A DNA stretch of 64,000 nucleotides from contig CAWFKQ010000007.1 in assembly GCA_963816395.1 (NCBI GenBank), forward strand, positions 192,001-256,000, written 5' to 3'. Both the position numbers and the translations under genes were made by a program. The notes beneath the pieces are model-generated. The model had not been told where the DNA came from, did no database searches, and saw only the letters and a list, made by a program, of their open reading frames with translations. Source of the stretch: an uncultured delta proteobacterium. GTDB taxonomy: Bacteria; Desulfobacterota; Desulfuromonadia; Desulfuromonadales; JACZKF01. Positions 51,855-63,060 of this stretch are shown here, piece by piece (the first letter of the stretch is position 1; each line of letters begins with the position of its first letter).

Positions 51855-51920
51855 GGTTTTCTCCTTTTCGGGCGGGCATCTCCGTCCGCGCCACTTCGTA
51901 AATTCCTTTGAACTTAACAA

Positions 51921-52014
51921 AAAATGGCTATAGGAGGGTGGCCTGAGACAGCGCCCGCCGACCTTCCAAGTGGCCGGCCAGACCCTCTCTCCGGACATCC
52001 TCCAGAGCCATTTT
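51921..52014 (-). promoter_or_regulatory. Long imperfect hairpin in the pnp leader
   Basis: AAAATGGCT/AGCCATTTT, GGAGG/CCTCC, GAGA/TCTC and GCCGGCC/GGTCGGC nested pairings. Confidence 0.65.
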
Positions 52015-52017
52015 GCT

Positions 52018-52049
52018 GAAAAACCGAGGGCAGCAGCCCTTTGCCTCGG
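52018..52049 (-). terminator. Terminator after rpsO
   Basis: CCGAGG...CCTCGG-TTTTT on the minus strand. Confidence 0.7.
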
Positions 52050-52069
52050 CAAGAGCGTGCTGCCCAAAG

Positions 52070-52336
52070 TTATCTGCGGATTCCCAATTCTCGGATGACT
52101 GAGCGGTAACGTTCCACATCCTTGTTTTTAAGATAGTCGAGAAGTCGCCGCCTCTGCCCGACGATCTTGAGAAGCCCCCGACGGGAATGATGGTCTTTCT
52201 TGTGGGTCCGGAAATGTTCAGTCAGATACGTGATGCGCTCGGAAAGGAGCGCGATCTGCACTTCCGGAGAGCCGGTGTCTCCCTCGTGGGTCTTGAATTG
52301 ATTGATGATTTCCTGCTTTCGTTCCGTGGCCAGCAC
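52070..52336 (-). CDS. rpsO: 30S ribosomal protein S15
   Basis: [12 protein letters not shown] and [12 protein letters not shown] motifs; AGGAGG plus GTG start. Confidence 0.98.
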   Translation of the reverse strand: MLATERKQEIINQFKTHEGDTGSPEVQIALLSERITYLTEHFRTHKKDHHSRRGLLKIVGQRRRLLDYLKNKDVERYRSVIRELGIRR

Positions 52337-52431
52337 TGTGCCACCTCCTTTCACATGATGTTTTCAGGTACCGCCGTTGTTCGGCTGGAAAAGCATTATT
52401 TATCATAAAACCTAATGGCTGTAAAGGGATA

Positions 52432-53352
52432 TCAACCTGCTGCAGAGTTGGGGAATACCCGCAACAGCTCGAAATCTCCCCGTCGCTCCCGCTCCCGGAG
52501 AGGTGCGTAGCGGGCCACCGCCAGCAGATGTTCCTGCCGCAGCAGCAAAACCACATCGCCTGCATTCCCCGGCGAAAAAGGGGAGACCTCCTGCAGCACT
52601 GGCGGCATGCCGTTCTGCAATCGGCTGGCGGCATCCGTGGTCACCTGCAGGGCCGGATAGTTGCGCAAGGCCACCTGCAGCGACAGAAGGCCGGGGCAGC
52701 CGGTCGCGGGATGATCTCCTTCCAGTTCCTCCAGGGAAAGGCAATCGGACTCGACAAACGGCCCGCTGCGCACCCGGCGCAGCGAGATAAGGTGCGCTCC
52801 GGGGCCTAACGCAGCGCCCAAATCGTGGGCCAGGGTCCGGATGTAGGTTCCTTTCGAACAGTCGACTTCCAGGCTGACATGCGGCAACTGCACCTCGCCC
52901 ACCTGTAAGCGGCGAATCTCCACCTCACGGGCTTCCCTTACCACTTCGATCCCCTGCCGCGCCAGTCGGTGCAGGGGGACTCCGTCCTTTTTCAGGGCCG
53001 AATACATCGGCGGCACCTGCCGGATGCGACCGACGAAAGACCGGCAGGCCGCCTCGATATCTTCCCGACTGAGCCCTTCGACCGGGCGCCGCGTCAGCAC
53101 CTTTCCCTCGGCATCCTGGGTGTCGGTAATTTCGCCCAGGCGGAGGACCGCCCGGTAGGTTTTTTCCCCCTCCATGAGAAACTGGACGATGCGAGTCCCT
53201 TCGCCGACGGCTACCTGAAGGATTCCGGTTGCCATTGGGTCGAGGGTTCCGGCATGACCGACCCGGCGGATCTTCAGCCGTCGGCGCACCCGGCGCACCA
53301 CATCGTGGGAGGTCAATCCCTTCGGTTTGTCAATGATCAGGATGCCGTTCAT
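52432..53352 (-). CDS. truB: tRNA pseudouridine55 synthase
   Basis: DKPKGLTSHDVV, GHAGTLDP, PPMYSA and SKGTYIR motifs. Confidence 0.97.
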   Translation of the reverse strand: MNGILIIDKPKGLTSHDVVRRVRRRLKIRRVGHAGTLDPMATGILQVAVGEGTRIVQFLMEGEKTYRAVLRLGEITDTQDAEGKVLTRRPVEGLSREDIEAACRSFVGRIRQVPPMYSALKKDGVPLHRLARQGIEVVREAREVEIRRLQVGEVQLPHVSLEVDCSKGTYIRTLAHDLGAALGPGAHLISLRRVRSGPFVESDCLSLEELEGDHPATGCPGLLSLQVALRNYPALQVTTDAASRLQNGMPPVLQEVSPFSPGNAGDVVLLLRQEHLLAVARYAPLRERERRGDFELLRVFPNSAAG

Positions 53353-53372
53353 GGATATGGAGGGAGAGAGCC

Positions 53373-54341
53373 TCACGGCTTTCCATTGTCGCCTTGCGCA
53401 AGTAAGTCGTTGACACGGGCGAGGACAAAGGAACGCACCGCCTCCAGCGCCCCCTCAACCACCGCGCCGGCAGCGTTATGATGCCCGCCCCCGCCCAGCG
53501 CCCGGGCCAGGGAGCCGACATCTATCTTCCCCTTGGAACGGAACCCCACCTTATAAGAGAGCGGACCGATCTGGCGGAAGATGAGCGCCACCTCCACTCC
53601 CCGGATTGCCCGCGGATAGTTGACGAATCCGTCGGTGTGCTCAGGCCCCGCTCCCGTTTCCTGCAACATCCGGGTGGATACCGCAACCGAGGCAAGACGG
53701 CCGCACGGGGAGATTGTGAGAGTATCGAGGACCCGACCGAGAAGGCGCAGACGTTCCGCGGCCTGGTTCTCGTAAAGAGCGGAGGCGATGTCCCAAGTTG
53801 AGACGCCACTCTCCACCATCTCGGCGGCGATGCGGAAGGCCTCGGGATCGGCATTTGAGTAGCGAAAAGAGCCGGTATCGGCCAGAATCGCCGTATAAAT
53901 GCAGATCGCCACCTGGGGCGAAATCGGCATTCCGCCCTGCCGCAGCAGACGGTAGATCAGGGCGCCGGTGGCACTTGCCCGTTCGTCAATATAGTTGATT
54001 TCGCCGAAGGTCTCGGAGTAGGGATGGTGATCGATATTCACCAGGCTTCGGCAGCGCTCCGCCAGGCCGCGGCCGGCCCGCCGCAATTCCCCGGCATCCA
54101 GAATAAAACCGGCGTCAAAGATTTCCCCATCCAACTGCGAAACGATCCTCCCGGCTTCGGGGAGAAATGCGAGGGTTGCGGGGACGCCGTCCGGGTTAAA
54201 AGCGACAACCTCCTTACCCGCCGCGCGCAGGGCGATGGCCAGTGCCAGGGTGGAGGCAATGGCGTCGGCATCCGGTCCCTCGTGCGATGCGACCAGGAAC
54301 CGGTGCCCGGCTTCAATCTTCTTCAGAATGGCCGGAATCAT
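53373..54341 (-). CDS. DHH/DHHA1 phosphoesterase (NrnA-like)
   Basis: H..PDADA, IDHH, DTGSF and GGGGH..AAG motifs. Confidence 0.93.
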   Translation of the reverse strand: MIPAILKKIEAGHRFLVASHEGPDADAIASTLALAIALRAAGKEVVAFNPDGVPATLAFLPEAGRIVSQLDGEIFDAGFILDAGELRRAGRGLAERCRSLVNIDHHPYSETFGEINYIDERASATGALIYRLLRQGGMPISPQVAICIYTAILADTGSFRYSNADPEAFRIAAEMVESGVSTWDIASALYENQAAERLRLLGRVLDTLTISPCGRLASVAVSTRMLQETGAGPEHTDGFVNYPRAIRGVEVALIFRQIGPLSYKVGFRSKGKIDVGSLARALGGGGHHNAAGAVVEGALEAVRSFVLARVNDLLAQGDNGKP

Positions 54342-54690
54342 CGGGAACATCGTGCCGGATCTCACGGAGAAGGGATTCAATGCGGTTGCCATATTCGATG
54401 GAGGAATCATACTGGAAAAGCAGGTCAGGGATGTAGCGCATCCGCAGGGACCGGCCAATTTCCCGCCGCAGGTAGGGGACTGCCCGGCGTAGACCGGCTT
54501 CAGTCTCCCGGCGCGCCGCTTCGTCGCCAATAATGGTGAAGAAGATCCGCGCCAGATGCAGATCGGGCGTCATCTCCACACCCGTAACGGTTATGAAGCC
54601 AATCCTCGGGTCTTTCAAACCTTTTTGCAGAAGCGCCGACACTTCCTTGTGAATCTGTTCGCCAACGCGGTGTGCTCGCTGTGAGTCCAA
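54313..54690 (-). CDS. rbfA: Ribosome-binding factor A
   Basis: R..RV.E.I, KDPR and RYIPDL.F.YD.S motifs. Confidence 0.96.
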   Translation of the reverse strand: MDSQRAHRVGEQIHKEVSALLQKGLKDPRIGFITVTGVEMTPDLHLARIFFTIIGDEAARRETEAGLRRAVPYLRREIGRSLRMRYIPDLLFQYDSSIEYGNRIESLLREIRHDVPDDSGHSEED

Positions 54691-54702
54691 TCAAATTTCC
54701 GT

Positions 54703-54996
54703 TCAGAAATGGAGAATTTCCGTATGTCGATCACTGATTTCGGCAGAGCCGAGGCGTACGATCTCTTCCTCGATACGGTCGAAAACAGTGAGGATCAGAT
54801 CCTGGTCGTGGCCGATAATGGCAAAGCCGAGTTGCGCCCGCTGCCAGGTGTCCTGCAGGTCAGTCTCGGCACAGGAGACGGGAAAACGCACCCGGCAACG
54901 GCCAAGGATGCGGCGCACGATCCCCCGCTTTTCCTTGAGGCTGCCGGGCGAGTACAGGAGCAGTTCCAGGCGGAGAACGCCGACCAGCATGGCCAT
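54703..54996 (-). CDS. DUF503/YlxP-family protein
   Basis: SLKEKR and F.VS.AE...QD.WQRA.LG motifs; typical position after infB. Confidence 0.9.
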   Translation of the reverse strand: MAMLVGVLRLELLLYSPGSLKEKRGIVRRILGRCRVRFPVSCAETDLQDTWQRAQLGFAIIGHDQDLILTVFDRIEEEIVRLGSAEISDRHTEILHF

Positions 54997-55003
54997 CCTC
55001 CGA

Positions 55004-57807
55004 TCAGAGAGTGGTCTTCACCTCTTCGATCTCGAATACTTCGATGATATCACCAATCTTGATGTCGTTGAAATTCTCCAGCCCGATGCCGCACTCGTAA
55101 CCGGCGGCAACTTCCCTGGCATCATCCTTGAACCGCTTGAGGGAATTCATCTTTCCCTGCCAGACGACGACATTGTCGCGCACCAGCCGCGCCTGAGCAT
55201 TGCGCTGGGCCTTGCCTTCGAGAACATAACAGCCGGCAATGGTCCCCACACGGGAGACGCCGAAGGTTTCCCGCACTTCCACCCGACCGAGCTGCTTCTC
55301 ACGCAAGGTCGGCGCCAACAGGCCTTCCATGGCGCTGCGGACATCGGCTACCGCATCATAGATGATGTTATAGAGGCGGATGTCCACACCCTCCTGGTCG
55401 GCGAGAGTGGCAGCTTTCGGCTCGGGTCGGACACTGAAGCCGATAACGATGGCATCGGATGCGGAGGCCAGGGTTATATCGCTCTCGATAATGCCGCCGA
55501 CGCCGGTATGGATGACCACCAGCCGGCAGGCATCGGTAGACAATTTGGACAGCGAGTCCTTGACCGCTTCGACGGAACCCTGGACATCCCCCTTGATGAT
55601 GACCCTGAGCTCTTTAACATCGCCCTGCTGAATCCGGGCGTAGAGCTGGTCGAGGGAAATCTTGCTGGTCTTTGCCAGTTCGGACTCGCGCTGCTTCTGC
55701 TGCCGGTGCTGGGCCACGTCCCTGGCCACTTTCTCGTCTTCCACGGCATGGATGGTATCCCCGGCATCGGGCACTCCGGAAAGTCCGGTTACCTCCACCG
55801 GATATGACGGCCCGGCGGCCTCGACCCGGTTGCCGCGATGATCGGTCATGGTCCGCACCCGGCCGAAGTGAATACCGGAGACGATCGGATCGCCCGGGCG
55901 CAGTGTACCTTCCTGCACCAGGACCGTGGCGACCGGCCCGCGTCCACGGTCGAGCCGCGCCTCGATGATGGTCCCCCTGGCCCGTTTGTCCGGGCTGGCC
56001 TTCAGATCTATCACCTCAGCCTGCAACAGGATCATTTCCAGCAGCTGATCGAGGTTGGTGCCTTTTTTGGCGGAGACCTCGACGAATATCGTTTCCCCCC
56101 CCAGGCCTCCGGAACGAGACCAAATTCAGTCAGTTCCTGTTTGACCCGGTCGATATTTGCCTCGGCTTTATCAATCTTGTTGATCGCCACCAGAATCGGC
56201 ACGCCTGCCGCCTTGGCATGATTGATCGCCTCTTTGGTCTGCGGCATGACACCATCATCGGCAGCCACAACCAGGATGACGATGTCGGTCACCTTGGCGC
56301 CACGGGCGCGCATTGCCGTAAAAGCCTCGTGCCCCGGGGTGTCGACAAAGGTGATTTTGCGGCCATCCAACTCAACATCATAGGCGCCGATATGCTGGGT
56401 AATGCCGCCGGCTTCGCCGGCAGTTACGTTGCTGGCGCGAATGGCATCGAGCAGACTGGTCTTGCCATGGTCGACGTGCCCCATGATGGTGACGACGGGC
56501 GGCCGCGGCCGCAGATCCTCCGGGTTTTCCTCTTCCCCGGCTTTGAGAACGGCATGCTCGAGCATAGCCTCTTCGTCAAAGGCCACGTTTTCCACCTCGT
56601 AATTGAATTCCGAGGCCATGAGGGCGGCGGTTTCGAAGTCAAGGGGGTGGTTGATGGTGACCATCGAGCCCTGGCGCATCATTTCCTTGATCAGGTCATT
56701 TGCCTTGATCCCCATGCGTTTGGCAAGTTCACCAACGGTAATCGAATCGCTGATGCGGATGATCCGTTTGATCGCCTTGGAGACCGTAACTTCGGTTTTT
56801 TTCGCCGGCTTGGCGGCTTTTTTCCCCTTGCGCAGCTTTTGGTTGCGCTCAGGCTCGAAAATCTCCACCCGGCGGCCGCGCCGTCGCGCTTCCGGAGCTT
56901 CGCCGGTCGCGTAATCGGCACCTTTCCCTTTCTTGTTCTTTTTGCCGCCGCGCTGCTCCTTGGGAGCGAAACCTTCCCCGGGAGCGGGGGCAGGAGCGGG
57001 GCGGCCGCCGCCGGGTGCCGGACGCCCGGCACCGGCAGGTGCCGGCCGGGCGGTGGTCGGCCGAGCAGTCGGCCGGCCTGGAGCCGGACGCCCCGCCTGC
57101 GGTTCTTCCCGCCGGGCTGGAGCGCCCGCATGGGCTCTGGTCGGTTCGCGACGCACCGGGGCACCGCGTGACGGCTCCTCGCGGCGGGCCGGCGGTGCCT
57201 GCGGCAGCTCCACCCGGCCCAGGATCCTGGCTCGGGAGGGGGTTGCTTTCTCCGGCCGGGCCTCCCGGCGCCCGGGGGCAGGTTTCGCCGCTTCCGGCGC
57301 CGGTTTCTCCACCGGCCCTGCGGCGGCCGCCGGCGGTATCGATTCGACCTTGCCCGGCACTTTCTCGCCTGGCATGAGGTCGGCTGCAGGCGGTGTTTCT
57401 GCAGACACGGAAGTGGTTTCGGGGGCGGGTGCCACCTCCTCGCCTTTGGCCTGACCTTTCGCCTTTTCCTCGATCTCGACCTTTGCTTCTGCCTCGGGTC
57501 TGCTTTCAGAAACGGCGGGTTCAGCTCCGGCCTCGGCCTTTTCGGCGGCTGCAAGTGCGGGCGGTTCGGCAGCAACGGGTGGGGGCACATCCTTGCGGCG
57601 GCGGCGGATGATCCCAGGAGTGATTCTCTCCTCTTCGATCTTTTCTGCTACCGGCGCCGAGGCGGCCTCAAATTTCCGCAGGTCGTCATCTTCCAGAACG
57701 CTCATGTGCGTCTTGGCGTCAACTCCAGCCTCCTGCAGTTTGTCCAGCAGTTCCTTGTTTTCCAGGCCCATTTGCTGCGCCAGTTCGTATACCCGTGTCT
57801 TTCCCAT
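55004..57807 (-). CDS. infB: Translation initiation factor IF-2 (frameshift at C8 run 56095-56102)
   Basis: [24 protein letters not shown] and G.ECGI motifs; split into two ORFs at WGG. Confidence 0.97.
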
Positions 57808-58400
57808 CAACTCTCCCCTACGATGTGCTCATACCGTAACAGCTCGGTACGGATCGATGCCGCCAGCGGACTTTCCCGGAGGGCAACGACACTGCGTTCG
57901 CCTTTTCCCAGAACCTGCCCTAGAAGATCTTTGTCGAACAGACGGTGGCAAGGGACGCCTGTTTTCTCCGCCCGGCCCATAACCTTTTCGCCAATGCCGG
58001 CGGAGAGATCCTCTGCGAGCAAAATTACTACCGGCGGCGCGGCGCTGTCCAGGGTCATCAGGACCAGCCCGCTGCCCGAGACGGCCTGACCCGCCTTGCG
58101 CGCCATTCCCAACAGATTCAGGATGCGCTCGCGGACCTGGCGCTCGAGGGTGACGCGGAGCGCCTCGCCATCGACTCGACAGCTCCTGCGAAAAACCCGT
58201 TCGAACTGCCGTTTCTTCACGGCCGCCTGCAGGCAGCGGCGATCGAAATGGGTGTAGGCACCTCGCCCTGGCAGCTTCCGGCCGTAATCGATAAGAATCT
58301 CTCCCGCCGGTGAGAGCACGTAACGCACCAGCGCGCTCTGATCGATGACCTGGCGGCAGCCCAGGCAGGTTCTCTGCGCCTTATGCCCGACTGCAGGCAA
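57807..58400 (-). CDS. YlxR (DUF448)-L7Ae/YlxQ fusion protein
   Basis: QRTCLGC and GRGAY, then [14 protein letters not shown] and LGQVLGK..RSVVA. Confidence 0.88.
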   Translation of the reverse strand: MPAVGHKAQRTCLGCRQVIDQSALVRYVLSPAGEILIDYGRKLPGRGAYTHFDRRCLQAAVKKRQFERVFRRSCRVDGEALRVTLERQVRERILNLLGMARKAGQAVSGSGLVLMTLDSAAPPVVILLAEDLSAGIGEKVMGRAEKTGVPCHRLFDKDLLGQVLGKGERSVVALRESPLAASIRTELLRYEHIVGES

Positions 58401-58405
58401 AGCCG

Positions 58406-59608
58406 TTATTCCTCCCGTTCAGCAGACTCGGTGCCCTCTCCCGGATTCTCAGCGGCGGCAATGCCTTCTTCGGCCGAAACTACCTCCCCGATTTCTTCAG
58501 CCGGAGAGGTTTCCGGCGACTCGTCGGCCGCCGCATTAGCGGCCGCCAGTTCCTGGGCGGCGGCCTCCAATTCCGCTTCCGCAGCCCGGGTTTCACTCTT
58601 GATGTCTATTTTCCATCCGCTCAGTTTGGCGGCCAAACGGACATTCTGCCCCTTTTTGCCGATGGCCAGCGACAGCTGATCGTCAGGCACGATGACTTCC
58701 AGGGCCTGTTCCTCATCATCGACGTACACCCGGGAGACTTCCGCCGGCGCCAGTGCGGAAACGGCAAAGCGGGCGATGTCCTGACTCCAGGGAACAATAT
58801 CGATCTTCTCACCGCGCAATTCGGAAACAACATTCTGTACGCGGGAGCCGCGCATACCGACGCACGCGCCGACCGGATCGACATCCGAATCGTAGGAAAC
58901 CACCGCAATTTTCGCTCGGCTGCCCGGTTCTCGAGCTACCGATTTAATCTCCACAATTCCCTCGGCCACCTCGGGCACTTCGGTCTGGAAAAGGGCGGCA
59001 ACCAGCCCCGGATGAGTACGGGAGACAATGATCTGCGGGCCCTTGGTGGACATCTTCACCTCGGAGATGTAGACCCTGGCGCGATCCCCCTGCCGGTAGT
59101 TCTCCCGCGGCACTTGCTCCCGGTGCGGCAGCAGAGCTTCCGCCCGCCCCAGGTCGATGATCAGATCTCCCCGCTCGTAGCGCCGGACAATACCGTTCAC
59201 CAGTTCACCGATACGGTCCTTGAATTCGTTGAAAACACCCTCCCGCTCAGCCTCGCGGACCTTCTGGATGATTACCTGCTTAGCAGTCTGGGCGGCAATG
59301 CGGCTGAAATTGCTGGCATCCATCTTCATGCCGAGAGAGTCGCCGGATTCCACCTCGGGATCGATCTGGCGGGCCTCCTCCAGGTCGATCTCCTTATAAG
59401 AGTCCTGCACCTCCTCAACCACGGTGACGAACTCGAACAACTCCACCTCGCCCAATTCGTCGTTGTAATGGGCCTCCAGGTCGCGCGTGTTGCGGTACTT
59501 CTTATTGGCGGCGGAGAGCACCGCGGATTCCAGGGCCTCGACCAGGACCCCCCGGTCAATACCCTTATCCTTCACGACCTGGTCGATGATATGGTTAAGA
59601 TTCACCAT
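58406..59608 (-). CDS. nusA: Transcription factor NusA
   Basis: [22 protein letters not shown] and [13 protein letters not shown] motifs. Confidence 0.98.
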   Translation of the reverse strand: MVNLNHIIDQVVKDKGIDRGVLVEALESAVLSAANKKYRNTRDLEAHYNDELGEVELFEFVTVVEEVQDSYKEIDLEEARQIDPEVESGDSLGMKMDASNFSRIAAQTAKQVIIQKVREAEREGVFNEFKDRIGELVNGIVRRYERGDLIIDLGRAEALLPHREQVPRENYRQGDRARVYISEVKMSTKGPQIIVSRTHPGLVAALFQTEVPEVAEGIVEIKSVAREPGSRAKIAVVSYDSDVDPVGACVGMRGSRVQNVVSELRGEKIDIVPWSQDIARFAVSALAPAEVSRVYVDDEEQALEVIVPDDQLSLAIGKKGQNVRLAAKLSGWKIDIKSETRAAEAELEAAAQELAAANAAADESPETSPAEEIGEVVSAEEGIAAAENPGEGTESAEREE

Positions 59609-59701
59609 TCTTTCTTCCCCCTAGTCACGTCTACTCGAGAGCGGCCGGACGGCCGGCATTCGATTTCTTCCTTGCTCAGGCACCTGCCCGGCAGGCGCGG
59701 T

Positions 59702-60190
59702 TCAGAATTCGATTTCGAGATGGGCTTTTTCGATCCCCTCAAGCGGGAGTTCGACCTCCCCACCCTTCTTATCGGTCTGGCGGATTTTCACAACCCCTTC
59801 TTCCAGCCCCAGCAGTTCCCCGACGAAGGTTTTACGCAAGTGCCCCCGCCTATCAGGATCAAGCCGCTCGCGGGTCTTAATTTTTACCAGTTGGCCGGCA
59901 AAACGCCTGTAATCCTCCGTCTTCTTCAGCGGCCGGTCCAGCCCGGGCGAGGAAACTTCCAGACGGTACGAGGAACGGATGAGATCCTCTATTTCCAGGA
60001 CGGTCCCGATTTCCCGGCTGAAATCAGCACAGTCATCGAGTGTGACGCCTCCCGCCTTGTCGATGAAAAAGCGCAGGAACCAGTCTCTTCCCTCCCGCTT
60101 AAACTCCAGGTCGACCAACTCCAAGCCCATCTCCTGGAGGATCGGGGCAGCCAGTTCCTGTATCGTGTCGAGCGGCGTTTCCGGTCTCAC
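59702..60190 (-). CDS. rimP: Ribosome maturation factor RimP
   Basis: GVTLDDC and YRLEVSSPGLDRPL motifs. Confidence 0.96.
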   Translation of the reverse strand: MRPETPLDTIQELAAPILQEMGLELVDLEFKREGRDWFLRFFIDKAGGVTLDDCADFSREIGTVLEIEDLIRSSYRLEVSSPGLDRPLKKTEDYRRFAGQLVKIKTRERLDPDRRGHLRKTFVGELLGLEEGVVKIRQTDKKGGEVELPLEGIEKAHLEIEF

Positions 60191-60202
60191 CTTTCAGCCT
60201 CG

Positions 60203-60236
60203 AAAATAAAAAAAGTGAGCAAAACAGCCCACTTTT
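60203..60236 (-). promoter_or_regulatory. rimP-nusA leader terminator/attenuator
   Basis: AAAAGTGGGC-TGTTTT-GCTCACTTTTTTT just upstream of the rimP start; TTGCCT-17-TATTAA promoter further upstream. Confidence 0.75.
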
Positions 60237-60391
60237 ACCGAGTGAACAAGCATAACATTCATTTAATATCACGAAGTTGGCGCAAAGGCAAGAAAAATTA
60301 TATCTGAGGCTACTGCCGCCGGGTGGCAGATCAGGGGCTGCCCGAAAGGGACTCCAGCCTGCGTTATTGTCTCCTGCCGCCAGGCGGCTTG

Positions 60392-61693
60392 TCAACTTCC
60401 GACATCCCTCCGTCTCTGTAAAAGGCTCAGGCTCTCGATATGGTAGGTCTGGGGGAAGAGGTCGAAGGGGCGCGTCCAGAGCAGGTCGTATCCTGCGTTC
60501 ACCAGGGGCTTCAGGTCGCGGGCCAGGGTCGGCGGATCGCAGGAGACGTACAGGATGCGCCTGGGGGGTGCCTGCAGCAATTCCTTGACCACCCGAAAGG
60601 CGCCGGTGCGCGGCGGATCAAGGACAACCAGATCGAAGGGGCGGCCACCGCCGAGGCGTTCGGCCGCCCCTTCCGCAGCTGATGCCTGGAAGGTCACATT
60701 ATCGATACCGTTGCGACGCGCATTGGCCCGGGCCTGATCGATCGCCGCGGCGTATTCCTCAACTCCGAAAACCTCTCTCGCCCGCCGGGCCAGCGGCAGG
60801 GAAAAGTTACCCATGCCGCAGTAGAGGTCGAGCACCCGCTCGCAGCCCGTGAGCGCCGCGGCTTCCACTACTGCCTGCACCAGGGTACGATTCTGGGACA
60901 GGTTGACCTGGGCAAACCCGCCTGGGCCGTAAGCCAGCAGCAGCGGCGGTGAATCCACACTGATGACGAGGTCCGGAACGCCGCCCACCGCGATCAGGGT
61001 GTCCTTGCGTCCCTGCTGGAGGAAAAGGGCGATCCCCGCCTCTTCCGCCCGCGGGCGAAGATAGGAGATCAGCGGGCCTGGATCCCCGCCGAGAAAATGC
61101 ACCACCGCCCGCACCGGCCCGACTTCTCCGGTGGCCAGATCGACCTGCGGAATTCGGGAGGGGGAGGGAGAAGCCGGAAGCCATAGGCGAAAGCAGGAGA
61201 GAGCCTCGTTCAACCGGGAGTCAGTGATCGGGCAGTGAGGCACGTCGATCACGAAATGGCTCCCCCGACGATAGAATCCCATGACGAATCCGCTTTCGGT
61301 CTGCCGACATTTGAACTGCACCCGGCTGCGGTAATGCCACTCTTCGGTTGCCGGCGCCGCCGGCAGTAATGGCGGGGCGGTGATGCCCGCCTGCCGCCGC
61401 AGCAACTCGGAAAAAATCCGCTCCTTCCAACGACACTGCTCGGGGTAAGGCAAGTGCTGCCACTGGCAACCGCCACAGGTGCCGAAAACGGGGCACGGGG
61501 GCATCCGCCGTACCGGAGCGGGAGTCAGAAGATCTTCCATCTCCGCCTCGGCATAGCGCCCCTTGTCGCGAATAATTCGACAGCGGATCCGGTCTCCTGG
61601 GGCCGTCAGGGGAATGAAGACAGCCTTGCCGTGGTGGCGCCCCACCCCATTGCCGCCGAAGGCGAGGGAATCGACCGTCAATTCAATGCTCAT
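60392..61693 (-). CDS. rlmD: 23S rRNA m5U1939 methyltransferase
   Basis: TRAM domain, CPVFGTCGGCQWQH, FAQVN, DLYCGMG, LDPPR and YVSC motifs. Confidence 0.93.
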   Translation of the reverse strand: MSIELTVDSLAFGGNGVGRHHGKAVFIPLTAPGDRIRCRIIRDKGRYAEAEMEDLLTPAPVRRMPPCPVFGTCGGCQWQHLPYPEQCRWKERIFSELLRRQAGITAPPLLPAAPATEEWHYRSRVQFKCRQTESGFVMGFYRRGSHFVIDVPHCPITDSRLNEALSCFRLWLPASPSPSRIPQVDLATGEVGPVRAVVHFLGGDPGPLISYLRPRAEEAGIALFLQQGRKDTLIAVGGVPDLVISVDSPPLLLAYGPGGFAQVNLSQNRTLVQAVVEAAALTGCERVLDLYCGMGNFSLPLARRAREVFGVEEYAAAIDQARANARRNGIDNVTFQASAAEGAAERLGGGRPFDLVVLDPPRTGAFRVVKELLQAPPRRILYVSCDPPTLARDLKPLVNAGYDLLWTRPFDLFPQTYHIESLSLLQRRRDVGS

Positions 61694-62064
61694 CGGGGAA
61701 TAAGAGAAGGGCGCCGGCCCCGGCGCGCAGCGGCCAGCCGGCTGGCGATCAGGCGCCCGGGGAAAGCCGGGTTGCTCAGGTAAGGGCGGGCATTGGCCAG
61801 AAAGGCCTCAACCATCTGCTGGCGAACGCGAGACACCTCATCGCTCGGCACCCCCATTCGCTCCAACCGGCGGGAATAGTCGATCGACTCCCCAAGCAGG
61901 GCGCGTGCCCGCTCCAGTTCGGCTTCCGCCAGCGAGTCCGCGGCAAGCGGCACCCGGCAACGGACTTCCAGGCACAGGTGCCAGTAATCGCCGAAGTAGC
62001 GGTTGGAAAGGTCGAAGAATTCGAGGATCAGGCCGTTGGCAAGGATTTCGGTGCGAAAGAGCAT
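61690..62064 (-). CDS. Conserved hypothetical protein
   Basis: 124 aa with D.SNRYFGD and YL..P.FP motifs; overlaps the rlmD start. Confidence 0.75.
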   Translation of the reverse strand: MLFRTEILANGLILEFFDLSNRYFGDYWHLCLEVRCRVPLAADSLAEAELERARALLGESIDYSRRLERMGVPSDEVSRVRQQMVEAFLANARPYLSNPAFPGRLIASRLAAARRGRRPSLIPR

Positions 62065-62150
62065 AATCGGTTATCGGTTATCGGCTATCGGCTATCGGTT
62101 ATCGGCTATCGGCTATCGGCTATCGGCTGCTATCGGTTATCGGCTATCGG
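62064..62150. repeat. Heptanucleotide tandem array (YTATCGG)n
   Basis: 11 units with one 3-nt CTG interruption plus a TAATCGG variant. Confidence 0.97.
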
Positions 62151-62206
62151 TAAGCTGTGCCGGTACGAGAAAAATCTTGCACGGGGGCGGCAGATGGCAA
62201 CTATCC

Positions 62207-62966
62207 TCAGCTCTCTTTTTCGTTCCGCATCCCGCGCCCCTCGCACTTCCTTCTTTCCCCTTCCAGCCAGTCGAGCCGGCTCCACAGGCCATGGAGGATG
62301 CGCACCTCCCTTTCGCCGAGGCCGGCACGGCCGAAGATGCGGCGGAAGGCGCGCAAAATATGATCAGGATTCTGCGGGTCGAGAAAACCGATGCCCAGCA
62401 GGGTCTGCCGCATGTGACGAAACATCCCCTCAAGGATTTCTCCACGCACCGGCCGCCGTCCGGCTCGTTTACCCACCGACTCCCCGGCGGCCTTGGCCAC
62501 CTCATACAGGCAAAGGGAGACGGCCTGCGCCAGATTCATCGAAGGCAGCAGGTCGCTGGTAGGGATGGTGATCAGCCACTGGCAGAGATCGAGTTCGGCG
62601 GTGTGCAGGCCCCTGTCTTCTCGGCCGAAAACCAGGGCCGTGCGCCCTTGGGGCGCCAGGGCGAAGAAGAGTCTGCGCGGCCTGATCGGGGTGGAGAAAA
62701 TCCTCGCGGTATTTGCCGAAACGGCGGGTCGTCCCCAGGGCCAGGCGACAATCGGCAAGGGCCGACAGCAGGTCGGGATGGACAGCGGCCTGCTCCAGCA
62801 CGAACGCCGCCTTAACGGCCATTCGCCGAGCTTCATCGGCAAGATGGTCGGCCTGCGGCCGTACCAGGCGCAGGTCGGAAAAACCAAAATTCATCATCGC
62901 CCGCGCCACCGAGCCGATATTGAGTGCTCCCTGCGGTTCGACCAGGACGATGGAAATATTTTCCAA
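62207..62966 (-). CDS. TrmJ/LasT-family SPOUT RNA methyltransferase (frameshift near 62665)
   Basis: IVLVEPQ..NIGSVARAM.NFG; LVFGREDRGL and SMNLAQAV are in a second frame. Confidence 0.9.
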
Positions 62967-62970
62967 AGCA

Positions 62971-62998
62971 AATTTTGAATTTTGAATTTTCAATTTTG
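62971..62998. repeat. Heptamer array (AATTTTG)4, one variant
   Basis: aattttg aattttg aattttc aattttg immediately upstream of the TTG start. Confidence 0.85.
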
Positions 62999-63060
62999 CA
63001 TTAACTTCTGAAGCACAGGCCACGAAAGGATCTCTTGGACTTGTCAGTTCCAGACACGAG

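Noticed and set aside
56095..56102. Programmed frameshift or phase variation in infB (likewise typA and pnp)
   Set aside because: These are core genes and similar indels occur window-wide; sequencing error is the simpler explanation.
56900..57600. Pro/Ala/Arg-rich low-complexity stretch as an insertion or repeat element
   Set aside because: This is the normal variable N-terminal linker of IF-2.
61978..62815. ORFs with IGYRLS or QAASGKR repeats (also 20120-20602)
   Set aside because: They are translations of heptamer DNA arrays lying antisense to real genes.
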